From NCBI GenBank assembly GCA_963648975.1, contig CAVJFW010000003.1, positions 2,921 through 66,920 on the forward strand: 64,000 nt of DNA, in the 5' to 3' direction. A program made the position numbers and the translations under genes. This DNA is from a bacterium. GTDB lineage: Bacteria; Bacillota_I; Bacilli_A; RFN20; CAG-288. The notes below the pieces were generated by a model that worked only from the letters and a program-made list of their open reading frames with translations, did no database searches and was not told where the DNA came from. Shown here in pieces: positions 29,060-37,309 of the stretch; position 1 is the stretch's first letter; every line of letters begins with the position of its first letter.

Positions 29060-31450
29060 TTATTTGCTGATGATGACGGCAGTATAGCTTCCACCGGAAG
29101 CAAAGGCCGTGACCAAGATGTGCTTCATATCCTTGCCATAGGCAGTTGTGTTGATGACACCGGACTTCTTGAGAAGGTAGCAGGATTTGTCTTCCTTGAC
29201 GGTCTCAGAGACAAGCAGTGAAGCATCGACCAAGGAAAGAAGTGCTGCATTGGCTCTGGCTTCACCGATTCTTCTCTTTGTGGAGATGATCGGCAAGGTT
29301 TCGAGTCTGTCTTTGAAGACCTTTTCATAGACATTCTTTTCAAGATCGTCGATGGCTTTCATGCCATTTGCGAAACCGGAAATGGCAGAGATGTCATCGA
29401 TGGTAAGATGTGCTTCCTTCATGGCTTCGAGAATGGCTTTTTCCAGGGCAGCTTCTGATCCGGAAACATGTCCATATGGAACAGCGGAGTTGAATGTGGC
29501 ATATCCGGAAATCTTTCCGTAGGTCTTCACGCCTCTGTCCTTGGCATGTTTCTCGGATTCGAGAATCAGACTTGTGGCACCATCGGAAAGAACGAAGCCG
29601 TTGGATGAGGAGTATGGTTCGACATAACCATCGGCGACATATCCGAGCTGATGATATAACTGGCTGGTGATTGAGATGTTTTCATCGCTTCCGCTGACAA
29701 GGACCATTTCTTCCTTCTTGTTTTCAAGGATGTTCATGGCATAGCCGATGGAGGCAAGACCAGACTGTGGACCATTGCAAATGGTGACGTTGTAACCCTT
29801 GATGCCGGTGTAGATGGAAAGGTATCCCGCAGCGGCATTATATACGGTATTCGGGAACTTGAAGGCTGAACCAGCTGCATTTCCCTTTTCGGCCAAGGTT
29901 TCCTCAAAGAGACAACCCATGCCCATGGCACCTTCGCTCGTGCCATCGACGATGCCGATCTTCGTGGCATTGTCGTCAGTTATGGTGATGTTTGCATTCT
30001 TCAGCGCTTCGACACCGGAGAATGTTTCCAACTGTGAGACGACATCCCATTTTCTGTAGATGGACATCGGAATTCCGATGCTTGCGAAGTCCTCCTTGGA
30101 GATTTCGGAATGGACGTCACTTCCTTCGACCTTAACGTCATTATTGAAATTTTCGACATATTTTTCAAAACCGTTGCCAAGTGGAGTGACGATGCCAAAT
30201 CCGGTGATGACCTTATTGTCAAGATCCTTATCCACTTTGACGTCACCGACCTTGTCGGAGAAAATGATGGATGCATTGTTTCCGCCAAAGGCAAAGGAAT
30301 TGTTCATGACGTAATCCAACTTCTTTTCCTTTGCAACATTTGGAACAAAGTCGATATCTCCGGCATTTTCCTTCAATTGAGGCATATCCTCATCAGAGAA
30401 GCCTAGCGTCGGAGGAATGATGGAATTGTTGAGAGACTTGATGCAGAAAATGGCTTCGATGGAACCTGCTGCGCCAAGACAATGTCCCACCATCGGCTTG
30501 GTGGAGGAAACGCTGAGCTTGTCGTTGTCTGCACCGAAGATGGTCTTGAGTGACAGGAATTCGGCATAGTCATTCTTGTGGGTACCAGTACCATGGGCGT
30601 TGACATAACCGATTTCCTTGGCATCGATGCCGGAATTTCTGATGGCCCAGTTGATGGCGTTCATCTGTCCTTCGCCATCTTCCCTAGGGGCAGTGATGTG
30701 GTGGGCATCGGTGGAGACACCGCTTCCGAGAACCTCACAGTACATATGTGCTTTTCTCTTCATTGCGTGTTCATAGGATTCGACGATGAGAATGCCACTA
30801 CCTTCTCCGAGGTTGATGCCTGTGGTATGGTTGAAGGAGGAACACTGTTCTGGATCCATGGCGTGGAGGGCGAGGAATCCGGCATATGGAACGCTGGCAA
30901 AGGCATCGGTACCACCGCAGATGACAACATCTGCTCTGCCGTCACGGATAAGGTCTGTGGCATAGGAGATGGACATGGTACCTGCTGCACAGGCGTTGGC
31001 AATGGTGGTTACGACACCACCTGCATTGACATATCTTGCGACCTGGGAAGAGATGCATGCCATAGGCATCTGAAGAATCTCTTTGGTTTCCTTTCCTTTG
31101 GTGTAATAGTTCTCGATGGCATCGACACCTGCGACGCAGTTGCCGATGATGCAGGAAACGCGGGAGGAATCCTCAAATTCTTCAATTCCGGCGTCTTTCA
31201 GAGCTTCTTTTGCGGCATGAATGCATAATTTTGTTGCCCTGTCGAGATATTCCCCATTTCCGATGTCGCTAAGGTCGGTATGGACTTCGCTTGCCTTCTT
31301 TGCATAGCATCCTTCGGTTGGAACGGATGTGATTTCCTTTGTACCTGAAATGCCTTTGATCGCGTTATCGAAGCATTCCTGGACATTGTCACCGATGGAA
31401 GTGATCATTCCTAAGCCGGTGACGACACAACGATTTTTGTTTTCAGTCAT
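29060..31450 (-). CDS. fused beta-ketoacyl-ACP synthase (KAS I/II-type) plus catalytically degenerate KS-like (CLF-like) domain
   Basis: The N-terminal half has ANACAAG (Cys), DAHHITAP and NAHGTGT (His-His) and GHCLGAAG. The C-terminal half has a KS fold but reads NGPQSG / FANGMKA / IGEARANAA at the corresponding positions. Confidence 0.8.
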   Translation of the reverse strand: MTENKNRCVVTGLGMITSIGDNVQECFDNAIKGISGTKEITSVPTEGCYAKKASEVHTDLSDIGNGEYLDRATKLCIHAAKEALKDAGIEEFEDSSRVSCIIGNCVAGVDAIENYYTKGKETKEILQMPMACISSQVARYVNAGGVVTTIANACAAGTMSISYATDLIRDGRADVVICGGTDAFASVPYAGFLALHAMDPEQCSSFNHTTGINLGEGSGILIVESYEHAMKRKAHMYCEVLGSGVSTDAHHITAPREDGEGQMNAINWAIRNSGIDAKEIGYVNAHGTGTHKNDYAEFLSLKTIFGADNDKLSVSSTKPMVGHCLGAAGSIEAIFCIKSLNNSIIPPTLGFSDEDMPQLKENAGDIDFVPNVAKEKKLDYVMNNSFAFGGNNASIIFSDKVGDVKVDKDLDNKVITGFGIVTPLGNGFEKYVENFNNDVKVEGSDVHSEISKEDFASIGIPMSIYRKWDVVSQLETFSGVEALKNANITITDDNATKIGIVDGTSEGAMGMGCLFEETLAEKGNAAGSAFKFPNTVYNAAAGYLSIYTGIKGYNVTICNGPQSGLASIGYAMNILENKKEEMVLVSGSDENISITSQLYHQLGYVADGYVEPYSSSNGFVLSDGATSLILESEKHAKDRGVKTYGKISGYATFNSAVPYGHVSGSEAALEKAILEAMKEAHLTIDDISAISGFANGMKAIDDLEKNVYEKVFKDRLETLPIISTKRRIGEARANAALLSLVDASLLVSETVKEDKSCYLLKKSGVINTTAYGKDMKHILVTAFASGGSYTAVIISK

Positions 31451-31490
31451 TTTCTTTTGTTTCCTTTGTGATTTTCAAATATTCAAATTG

Positions 31491-31520
31491 TGAAGAAAAA
31501 AAGTGGCATAATGCCACTTT
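31491..31520 (-). terminator. intrinsic terminator/attenuator between ACP-1 and the KS gene
   Basis: AAAGTGGCAT / ATGCCACTTT hairpin, followed on the minus strand by T7. It lies in the 82-nt gap after the ACP stop. Confidence 0.6.
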
Positions 31521-31532
31521 CATGTACGATGT

Positions 31533-31781
31533 TTACTTCTTGTTGGCAATGATATAAGCAGCGATGGTATCAATGCTTCTGAAGTTTTCCTTGGCAACAC
31601 CAGTCATGGAAACCTGATATTGTTCATCGATGTGGGAGATGATTTCGATGGAATCAATGGAATCAAGTCCGATTTCAGTGCCTTCGAACAATGGAGTGGA
31701 GAATTCAAGGCTGTCTGCATCGACACCGAGATTCTCGACGATGAAATCCTTAAGGTCCTGCTTAACTTCGTTTTCGTTCAT
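31533..31781 (-). CDS. acyl carrier protein (ACP-1)
   Basis: 82 aa with the GLDSIDSIEI phosphopantetheine-Ser motif. It is the first gene of the fab operon. Confidence 0.75.
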   Translation of the reverse strand: MNENEVKQDLKDFIVENLGVDADSLEFSTPLFEGTEIGLDSIDSIEIISHIDEQYQVSMTGVAKENFRSIDTIAAYIIANKK

Positions 31782-31823
31782 GATTAATTTTTCCTTTCAT
31801 CAATTAAGATAAACTTTCGATAT

Positions 31824-31853
31824 ATTATATAAAATAATATAGCTGAATGTCAA
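31824..31853 (-). promoter_or_regulatory. sigma-A-type promoter of the fab operon
   Basis: On the minus strand: TTGACA (31853-31848), an 18-nt spacer, then TATAAT (31829-24). This is about 45 nt upstream of the ACP-1 ATG. Confidence 0.55.
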
Positions 31854-31983
31854 AAACTGACGTTGCAATTGTATCACCCTATTTTGCCTCGGACAATACA
31901 TTCACTTCGGAATGGACATATTTTCTTTGATTTGTCGCATCAATTCATGCTGTTTTAAAGGAATATATATTTCAAAATAATGA

Positions 31984-32535
31984 CTATTCATGTATTTTGA
32001 CAAAATAATGGAGATTTGGAAAAATCTCAAAACATATGGCGGATATTTCATCCACGGAGAGGTCAAAGTCATTCTCCACCCATAGTTCGACTACGTTCAG
32101 CATGGCACTCATCAATGCCTCAAGCTGATATTCCTCCTTCTTGTCATATCTTTTCTTTTCCATTTCCGGAAGGTATTTGAGCAACGAGGATACCCTTGCC
32201 TTGAATATGAGCCTTACGATTCGTTCGTTATTCTTGACTATCGTAAATAGATTCTGATACCACTTCTCGGGATGGGTGATGTTTTCCTTCGTATTCAGTC
32301 CATTGAACAGAAGGTGGAAGACCGAAATGGAAAAATCCTTGAGGATATCTTCCTTTGATTTGTAGTTTCGGTAATAGGCTGACCTTGATACACCCGCCTT
32401 CTCCACGATTTCCGTCACGGAAATATCCTGGATTTCCTTTTTTCCCAAAAGATAGACCAATGCTTCCTGGATCGCGTTCTTGGTCAGATGATTTATTTCT
32501 TCGTTGGATAGTTTCAGATTTTTGTTTTCATTCAT
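31984..32535 (-). CDS. TetR-family transcriptional regulator
   Basis: HTH ISVTEIVEKAGVSRSAYYRNYKSKEDIL. It lies immediately upstream of the fab promoter. Confidence 0.8.
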   Translation of the reverse strand: MNENKNLKLSNEEINHLTKNAIQEALVYLLGKKEIQDISVTEIVEKAGVSRSAYYRNYKSKEDILKDFSISVFHLLFNGLNTKENITHPEKWYQNLFTIVKNNERIVRLIFKARVSSLLKYLPEMEKKRYDKKEEYQLEALMSAMLNVVELWVENDFDLSVDEISAICFEIFPNLHYFVKIHE

Positions 32536-33113
32536 TTGATTTTTTTCTTCATTGTCAAAAGGTAGCTGTTTTCGGTTTCTTCTGCCTTGATGATGTCAAA
32601 GGAATCAAGATATAAGGATGCTTCCTCATTTACAGGAAGAAGATTCCTGGAAATCGGTGATATGCCTTGATGTACTTTTGAAAGATAATCTCTTGAGATA
32701 TCATGGACGATTGCCAATATGCCATCCTTTGAAAGAACTTCTAGGGATTTTCTCTTGAATTTCCCAAGATCGAGGAAGTGGGGATAGGAATCAAACAGGA
32801 CGATTTTGTCAAAACCTTTCCTTTTCGTCAAATAGAAATCTTCATTGACAAAAGTCACTTTTGAATCCGGTATTCCTTTTTCCAGGGCAAAATGTATCAT
32901 CTTGTCGGAAAGATCCATGGCAATGACGGTTTCTAGGCTTCTTTCATATAGTCTTTCTGATATTACGCCTTTTCCACATCCGAGATCGAGAACACTGTCA
33001 CCTTTTCTTATTCCGATTTCATCGAGCAGGGAATCTATGAGACAAAAATCTTTTTTTGCGCCGTTGTCATATTCCTCTGCGATGCTGTTGAAGAATTGCT
33101 GTATTATATTCAT
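32532..33113 (-). CDS. class I SAM-dependent methyltransferase
   Basis: Motif I VLDLGCGKGV and the post-I acidic residue (AMDLS). Its stop overlaps the TetR start. Confidence 0.75.
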   Translation of the reverse strand: MNIIQQFFNSIAEEYDNGAKKDFCLIDSLLDEIGIRKGDSVLDLGCGKGVISERLYERSLETVIAMDLSDKMIHFALEKGIPDSKVTFVNEDFYLTKRKGFDKIVLFDSYPHFLDLGKFKRKSLEVLSKDGILAIVHDISRDYLSKVHQGISPISRNLLPVNEEASLYLDSFDIIKAEETENSYLLTMKKKIK

Positions 33114-33227
33114 GTTCGTTTTTCTTTTTGATAAATGTTAGCATAATTCCATCTGTTTACCAATCAGATGAACGATATTCTCATTATCATATGAAGAACA
33201 ATGATGAATTTCAGGGAGGTATAAGAC

Positions 33228-33953
33228 ATGATCAAGGCAATCCTGTTTGACCTGGATGGAACACTCTTGCCAATGGATGAGAAAAAATTCACCGAAAAAT
33301 ATTTTTCGCTGTTGGCAAGGAAACTTTACCCTTTAGGTTATGAACCCAAAAAACTTGTGAATGCCATTGTGGCAGGACTTGAAAAAATGTATGCAAATGA
33401 CGGAACGGAATCAAACGAGGCTGTCTTCTGGAATACATTCAATACTTTTTATGATGAAGACAAAAGGAAGGACTCCGAAACATTCCTTTCCTTCTATGAA
33501 AACGAATTTTCCAAGACAAGGGATGAGACAAAGCCTAATCCCATGGCAAGGGAAATCATCGACTTCTGCAAGTCCCATTTTGACAAGGTAATTCTTTCGA
33601 CTAACCCTATTTTTCCACTTGAAGCACAGAAGATGAGATTGTCTTTTGTTGGACTTGAATATGACGATTTTGATTTTGTGACCGATTATTCCAATTCCGG
33701 CCATTGCAAACCAAATCCGTGTTTCTTCAAGGATGTTTTGGATAAATGCCATCTTCTGCCAGAGGAAGTCATTCTTTTCGGAAATGATTATCTTGAGGAT
33801 GGAGACTGTGCTTCATCATTGGGAATCAGGACATATCTCATCGATGGATGTCTTTTACATAAGGAAAAGGCAAAAGGTGATTATCCGGTCTTATCCATGA
33901 GTGAAGTCATACCTACCTTGGAAAAGGAAATCCTTAACAATGGAACTCACTGA
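33228..33953 (+). CDS. HAD-family hydrolase
   Basis: Motif I ILFDLDGTL, motif II STNP and motif IV GNDYLEDGD. Confidence 0.8.
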   Translation: MIKAILFDLDGTLLPMDEKKFTEKYFSLLARKLYPLGYEPKKLVNAIVAGLEKMYANDGTESNEAVFWNTFNTFYDEDKRKDSETFLSFYENEFSKTRDETKPNPMAREIIDFCKSHFDKVILSTNPIFPLEAQKMRLSFVGLEYDDFDFVTDYSNSGHCKPNPCFFKDVLDKCHLLPEEVILFGNDYLEDGDCASSLGIRTYLIDGCLLHKEKAKGDYPVLSMSEVIPTLEKEILNNGTH

Positions 33954-34461
33954 AATCATAAAAAGACGGTATTCCACAAGAGATTATTCTTCCAAGGAAG
34001 TTCCTCTCCCGTTGCTTAGGGAGGTCATCTCCGAGGCTAGACTTGCCCCATCGGCAAAGAACCATCAACCTTATCGTGTCATCTGTATCAGGAATGCCTC
34101 AATCATTGAAAAACTGAAAAAAGAACAGATTCCCCTGTTTAATTCACAATGTGTCCTGGTTTTTCTTGGAAGCTATGACCTAGCTTGGAAAAACAAGAGA
34201 GATGAAGGGAAAGGAAGTCAGGAAATGGATCTTTCCATATTCATGACATATGTCAACCTTTTACTTGAAGACAAAGGAATCTCATCCTGCATCATTGGTG
34301 CCTTTGACAAAGTTGCAGTATCAAATATTCTCGATATTCATGATTCTTTTACTCCTTATGCCTTAATGACCGTCGGCTATGCGTCAAAGCAGTCGGAACC
34401 CTGTTCTCCATTTCATGACCATAGGAAGGATATCGATGAGTTGTTCACCGTGGTCGATTGA
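33940..34461 (+). CDS. nitroreductase-family protein
   Basis: IIKRRYSTRDY and APSAKNHQPYR motifs. Start placed at MELTEI, overlapping the HAD stop by 14 nt. Confidence 0.75.
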   Translation: MELTEIIKRRYSTRDYSSKEVPLPLLREVISEARLAPSAKNHQPYRVICIRNASIIEKLKKEQIPLFNSQCVLVFLGSYDLAWKNKRDEGKGSQEMDLSIFMTYVNLLLEDKGISSCIIGAFDKVAVSNILDIHDSFTPYALMTVGYASKQSEPCSPFHDHRKDIDELFTVVD

Positions 34462-34502
34462 AATCTCTTGCATTCCCTTTTTCTGAATCCTATACTATCA
34501 GC

Positions 34503-34588
34503 GTTACGGCGGGACTGCATATTGCGGTTGAGAGGGTTTAAACCCGACGCTTAGAACCTGTTGGTCAAGACCAGTGTAGGGAGTAAAC
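34503..34588 (+). promoter_or_regulatory. TPP (THI-box) riboswitch aptamer
   Basis: TTGAGAG...ACCC...GAACCTGTTGGTCAAGACCAGTGTAGGGAG matches the CUGAGA / ACCUGAUCUGG..CCAGCGUAGGGA core. P1 is TTAC/GTAA. It is upstream of a ThiT-like gene. Confidence 0.8.
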
Positions 34589-34617
34589 AAAACGATCGAT
34601 TGTTCACTTGTCTATTT

Positions 34618-34646
34618 GCCTTGCCCGATTTGGTCAAGGCTTTTTT
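34618..34646 (+). terminator. TPP riboswitch expression-platform terminator
   Basis: GCCTTG ... CAAGGC hairpin followed by T6, 20 nt before the thiT ATG. Confidence 0.7.
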
Positions 34647-34666
34647 AATAGCCGGAAAGGTCATTT

Positions 34667-35647
34667 ATGGAAGAAGCAAGGACGAAAAATAAATTTAGTA
34701 GGGAGAAATCCCAAAAATCGATTGCCCAGATCGTCATCTCGGGCATGATGCTGGCTTTGGCAATTGCCATGGAAGGTATTTCCAAATGCATACCTTTCTT
34801 TTCATGGCCACTTGGTGGATCTGTATCCATCACGATGGTTCCCTTGATACTTGTCGGTCTGTATTGTGGTCCATTATATGGTGTCGTCATTTCCGTTCTC
34901 TTCGGTGTCTTCAATTTCCTGCTTGATGGTGTCATTTCCTGGACACCGAATGTCACGGCTGTCATTCTCTCCCTGATCTTGGATTATGTCATTGGCTTTG
35001 GTGCATGTGGACTTAGCTCCATCTTCAGGAAGAAATTCTTCCAAAAAGATAGATTTGCCTGTCTTTATGCTACTCTGCTTTGTGGATTTGTCAGACTTGT
35101 TTCCAGCTTCTTCAGCGGCATGATCGTCTTTACCACGGCTTTTGACTACAGTTCCACGTCAGGACTTACGCCGGCGTTCACCTGGGCTGGATTCACTTAT
35201 TCATTGGGCTACAATGCCGGATATATGTTGCCTAGCATCGCACTTGACATCCTTGTCTTCTTCGTTCTTATCAAGCCGTTGTTCATTTCCCTTGATACGA
35301 CAATCGTGAAGAATCTTGCTCCAAAGAACAGCGAGGAAACTAAATCCCTTCCTCTTCCCTCTTTCCTACAGATGCTTCCCATCTATCTTCTTTTCGAAGT
35401 TGCCTTTGGCATCGTCAGCATGATTCCATCTCTCAAGGTAAGTTATTTTGGATACTTTGGCATTATGCTTGGTGTCGGACTTGTCAGCTACATATTGGTA
35501 GGTCTTATCAAGAAGAAAGATGAGATGAGTGTTAATCAAAGAATTCTTTATATCGTTTATCTTTTCGTTTCCCTTGTCGGCATCGCCTTATGCATCACCG
35601 GATGTGTTTCACCTGTCACATATGGTGCCACGTCCTATTCTGAATAA
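34667..35647 (+). CDS. thiT: thiamine transporter ThiT (ECF S-component-like) with an extra C-terminal membrane domain
   Basis: The N-terminal ~200 aa resemble ThiT/YuaJ (WPLGGSVSITMVPLILVGLYCGPLYG). Residues ~205-326 add about 3 more TM helices. TPP riboswitch upstream. Confidence 0.7.
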   Translation: MEEARTKNKFSREKSQKSIAQIVISGMMLALAIAMEGISKCIPFFSWPLGGSVSITMVPLILVGLYCGPLYGVVISVLFGVFNFLLDGVISWTPNVTAVILSLILDYVIGFGACGLSSIFRKKFFQKDRFACLYATLLCGFVRLVSSFFSGMIVFTTAFDYSSTSGLTPAFTWAGFTYSLGYNAGYMLPSIALDILVFFVLIKPLFISLDTTIVKNLAPKNSEETKSLPLPSFLQMLPIYLLFEVAFGIVSMIPSLKVSYFGYFGIMLGVGLVSYILVGLIKKKDEMSVNQRILYIVYLFVSLVGIALCITGCVSPVTYGATSYSE

Positions 35648-35679
35648 AGCTTGTAAAAAAAGAATTTTTTTGTCAAATA

Positions 35680-35709
35680 AGATGGATGGAATGCTTCATC
35701 CATCTTTTT
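35680..35709 (+). terminator. intrinsic terminator
   Basis: GATGGATG ... CATCCATC hairpin followed by TTTTT. Confidence 0.6.
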
Positions 35710-35755
35710 ATTCATCTGATTTTTTTCTATAATTTAGTCAAGGAAGTAATGAAAT

Positions 35756-36487
35756 ATGGATAATTGGTTCATCTCGCTTGTCGATAGATTTGATGGATAC
35801 GGAATTGCCGTATATGTTCTTCTGACCTGCCTCATTGCCGGTCTTCTTTCTTCCATCATCGGATTGGAAAGAGAATTCAAGGGTCAGCCTGCGGGTCTTA
35901 GGACACATGTACTCGTTTCAATAGGATGCTGTCTTCTCATGTCGTTATCCATCTATGCCATAAAGAGAGCAGTCCAAGACACAAGCTACAGTTCCCTAAG
36001 CTATGATGCAAGCAGAATCGGTGCCGGTATCCTTTCCGGCGTCGGCTTCATCGGTGCGGGAACCATCATAAAAAGCGGACTGAACATCCGTGGACTTACC
36101 ACAGCTGCCACATTGTGGCTTACGGCTGCTCTTGGTATGGCATGCGGTTGTGGATTCATCTTTGAGGCAGTCATCGTCGCCATCGTCAGCATGTTCTTCC
36201 TCATATCGCTTACCTATGTCGAGAAATTCTTTGAGAAAAGGTCTCCTACCTTCGTCCTGTTGGTTCAGAATGATGACGGATATGAAGAGGAAATCCGCAA
36301 GGAAGCATCCAATTATGAAATGCATATCAAGAACATGATCGTCCTGGGAGAAGAAAAAAAGGATGAAGATTCCTATACCAGGATCCTTGTGAAACTTTCT
36401 TTCAGACCGGATAAGGAAATGTTACGTCTCTTTGAACAGAGACTTCATTCCCTGGATCAAGTCAAAATGGTCGAGAGAATTCATTGA
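35756..36487 (+). CDS. MgtC/SapB-family membrane protein
   Basis: SIIGLEREFKGQPAGLRTHVLV signature and a C-terminal ACT-like soluble domain. Confidence 0.8.
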   Translation: MDNWFISLVDRFDGYGIAVYVLLTCLIAGLLSSIIGLEREFKGQPAGLRTHVLVSIGCCLLMSLSIYAIKRAVQDTSYSSLSYDASRIGAGILSGVGFIGAGTIIKSGLNIRGLTTAATLWLTAALGMACGCGFIFEAVIVAIVSMFFLISLTYVEKFFEKRSPTFVLLVQNDDGYEEEIRKEASNYEMHIKNMIVLGEEKKDEDSYTRILVKLSFRPDKEMLRLFEQRLHSLDQVKMVERIH

Positions 36488-36625
36488 TTCATCTTTTTTC
36501 ATGAACTTTCCTTTTTCTGATTGTATACGCTTTATATGAATAAATTTAAATCAGGAAATATCTTTTCATTGCCAATATAATGAATGATTATTAAAATATA
36601 GATATTTTTATGGGGGTTGTCTGAT

Positions 36626-37309
36626 ATGAAAGCATTGATCGTCGAAGACAAGGCACCGCTTGCCGATGCCGTCAAGGATTATCTGAAGATGAAAAAAGTT
36701 GACACCATCGTCAGATATGATGGCATGGAAGGCTACAAGGAAGCCCTTGTGGGAAACTTTGATGTCATGATTCTTGATCTCATGCTTCCTGGCAAGGATG
36801 GCTTTTCCATCATCAAGGATCTCAGGGCCAATAAGATAGAGACTCCAATCCTCGTGCTTTCCGCAAAATCTTCCACTGAGGACAAGGTCGAATGTCTTCT
36901 TGCCGGTGCCGATGACTATCTCACAAAACCATTCGTGCTTGAGGAACTCCTTGCCAGACTTCTTACTCTTACGAGAAGAAAAGGCAATATCATCCCCAAC
37001 GAAATCACATTCGGAGATATCCGTCTGAATAAGCTTACACATGCCCTTTCCCGTGGAGAACTTTCCGTTTCCCTTTCGTTGAAGGAATATCAGATCATGG
37101 AAATCCTCATGACGAATTCCAAGAAGATCGTCGAAAAGGATTTCATCATTTCCAAGGTATGGAATTCCAAGGATGACAGGGACTACAATTCTGCCGAGGT
37201 CTATGTCTCCTTCCTCAGAAAGAAGCTTGTCGGACTCAAGGCGGAAAGCACGATCCGTTCAGTTAGGAACCTTGGATATAAGCTAGTGGAAAAAACGGAT
37301 GAAAACTAA
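36626..37309 (+). CDS. OmpR-family response regulator
   Basis: Receiver domain (VMILDLMLPGKDG, LSAK) plus a winged-helix output (RSVRNLGYKL). Start placed at MKALIVEDK. Confidence 0.85.
   Translation: MKALIVEDKAPLADAVKDYLKMKKVDTIVRYDGMEGYKEALVGNFDVMILDLMLPGKDGFSIIKDLRANKIETPILVLSAKSSTEDKVECLLAGADDYLTKPFVLEELLARLLTLTRRKGNIIPNEITFGDIRLNKLTHALSRGELSVSLSLKEYQIMEILMTNSKKIVEKDFIISKVWNSKDDRDYNSAEVYVSFLRKKLVGLKAESTIRSVRNLGYKLVEKTDEN

Noticed and set aside
29060-30220. Calling the C-terminal KS-like domain a bona fide KS-Q (decarboxylating Gln) chain-length factor.
   Set aside because: In my by-eye alignment the Gln of NGPQSG falls one residue after the position of the catalytic Cys (C-T-S-G versus P-Q-S-G). 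The equivalence is therefore unproven. I keep it as a CLF-like inactive KS and list the test under findings.
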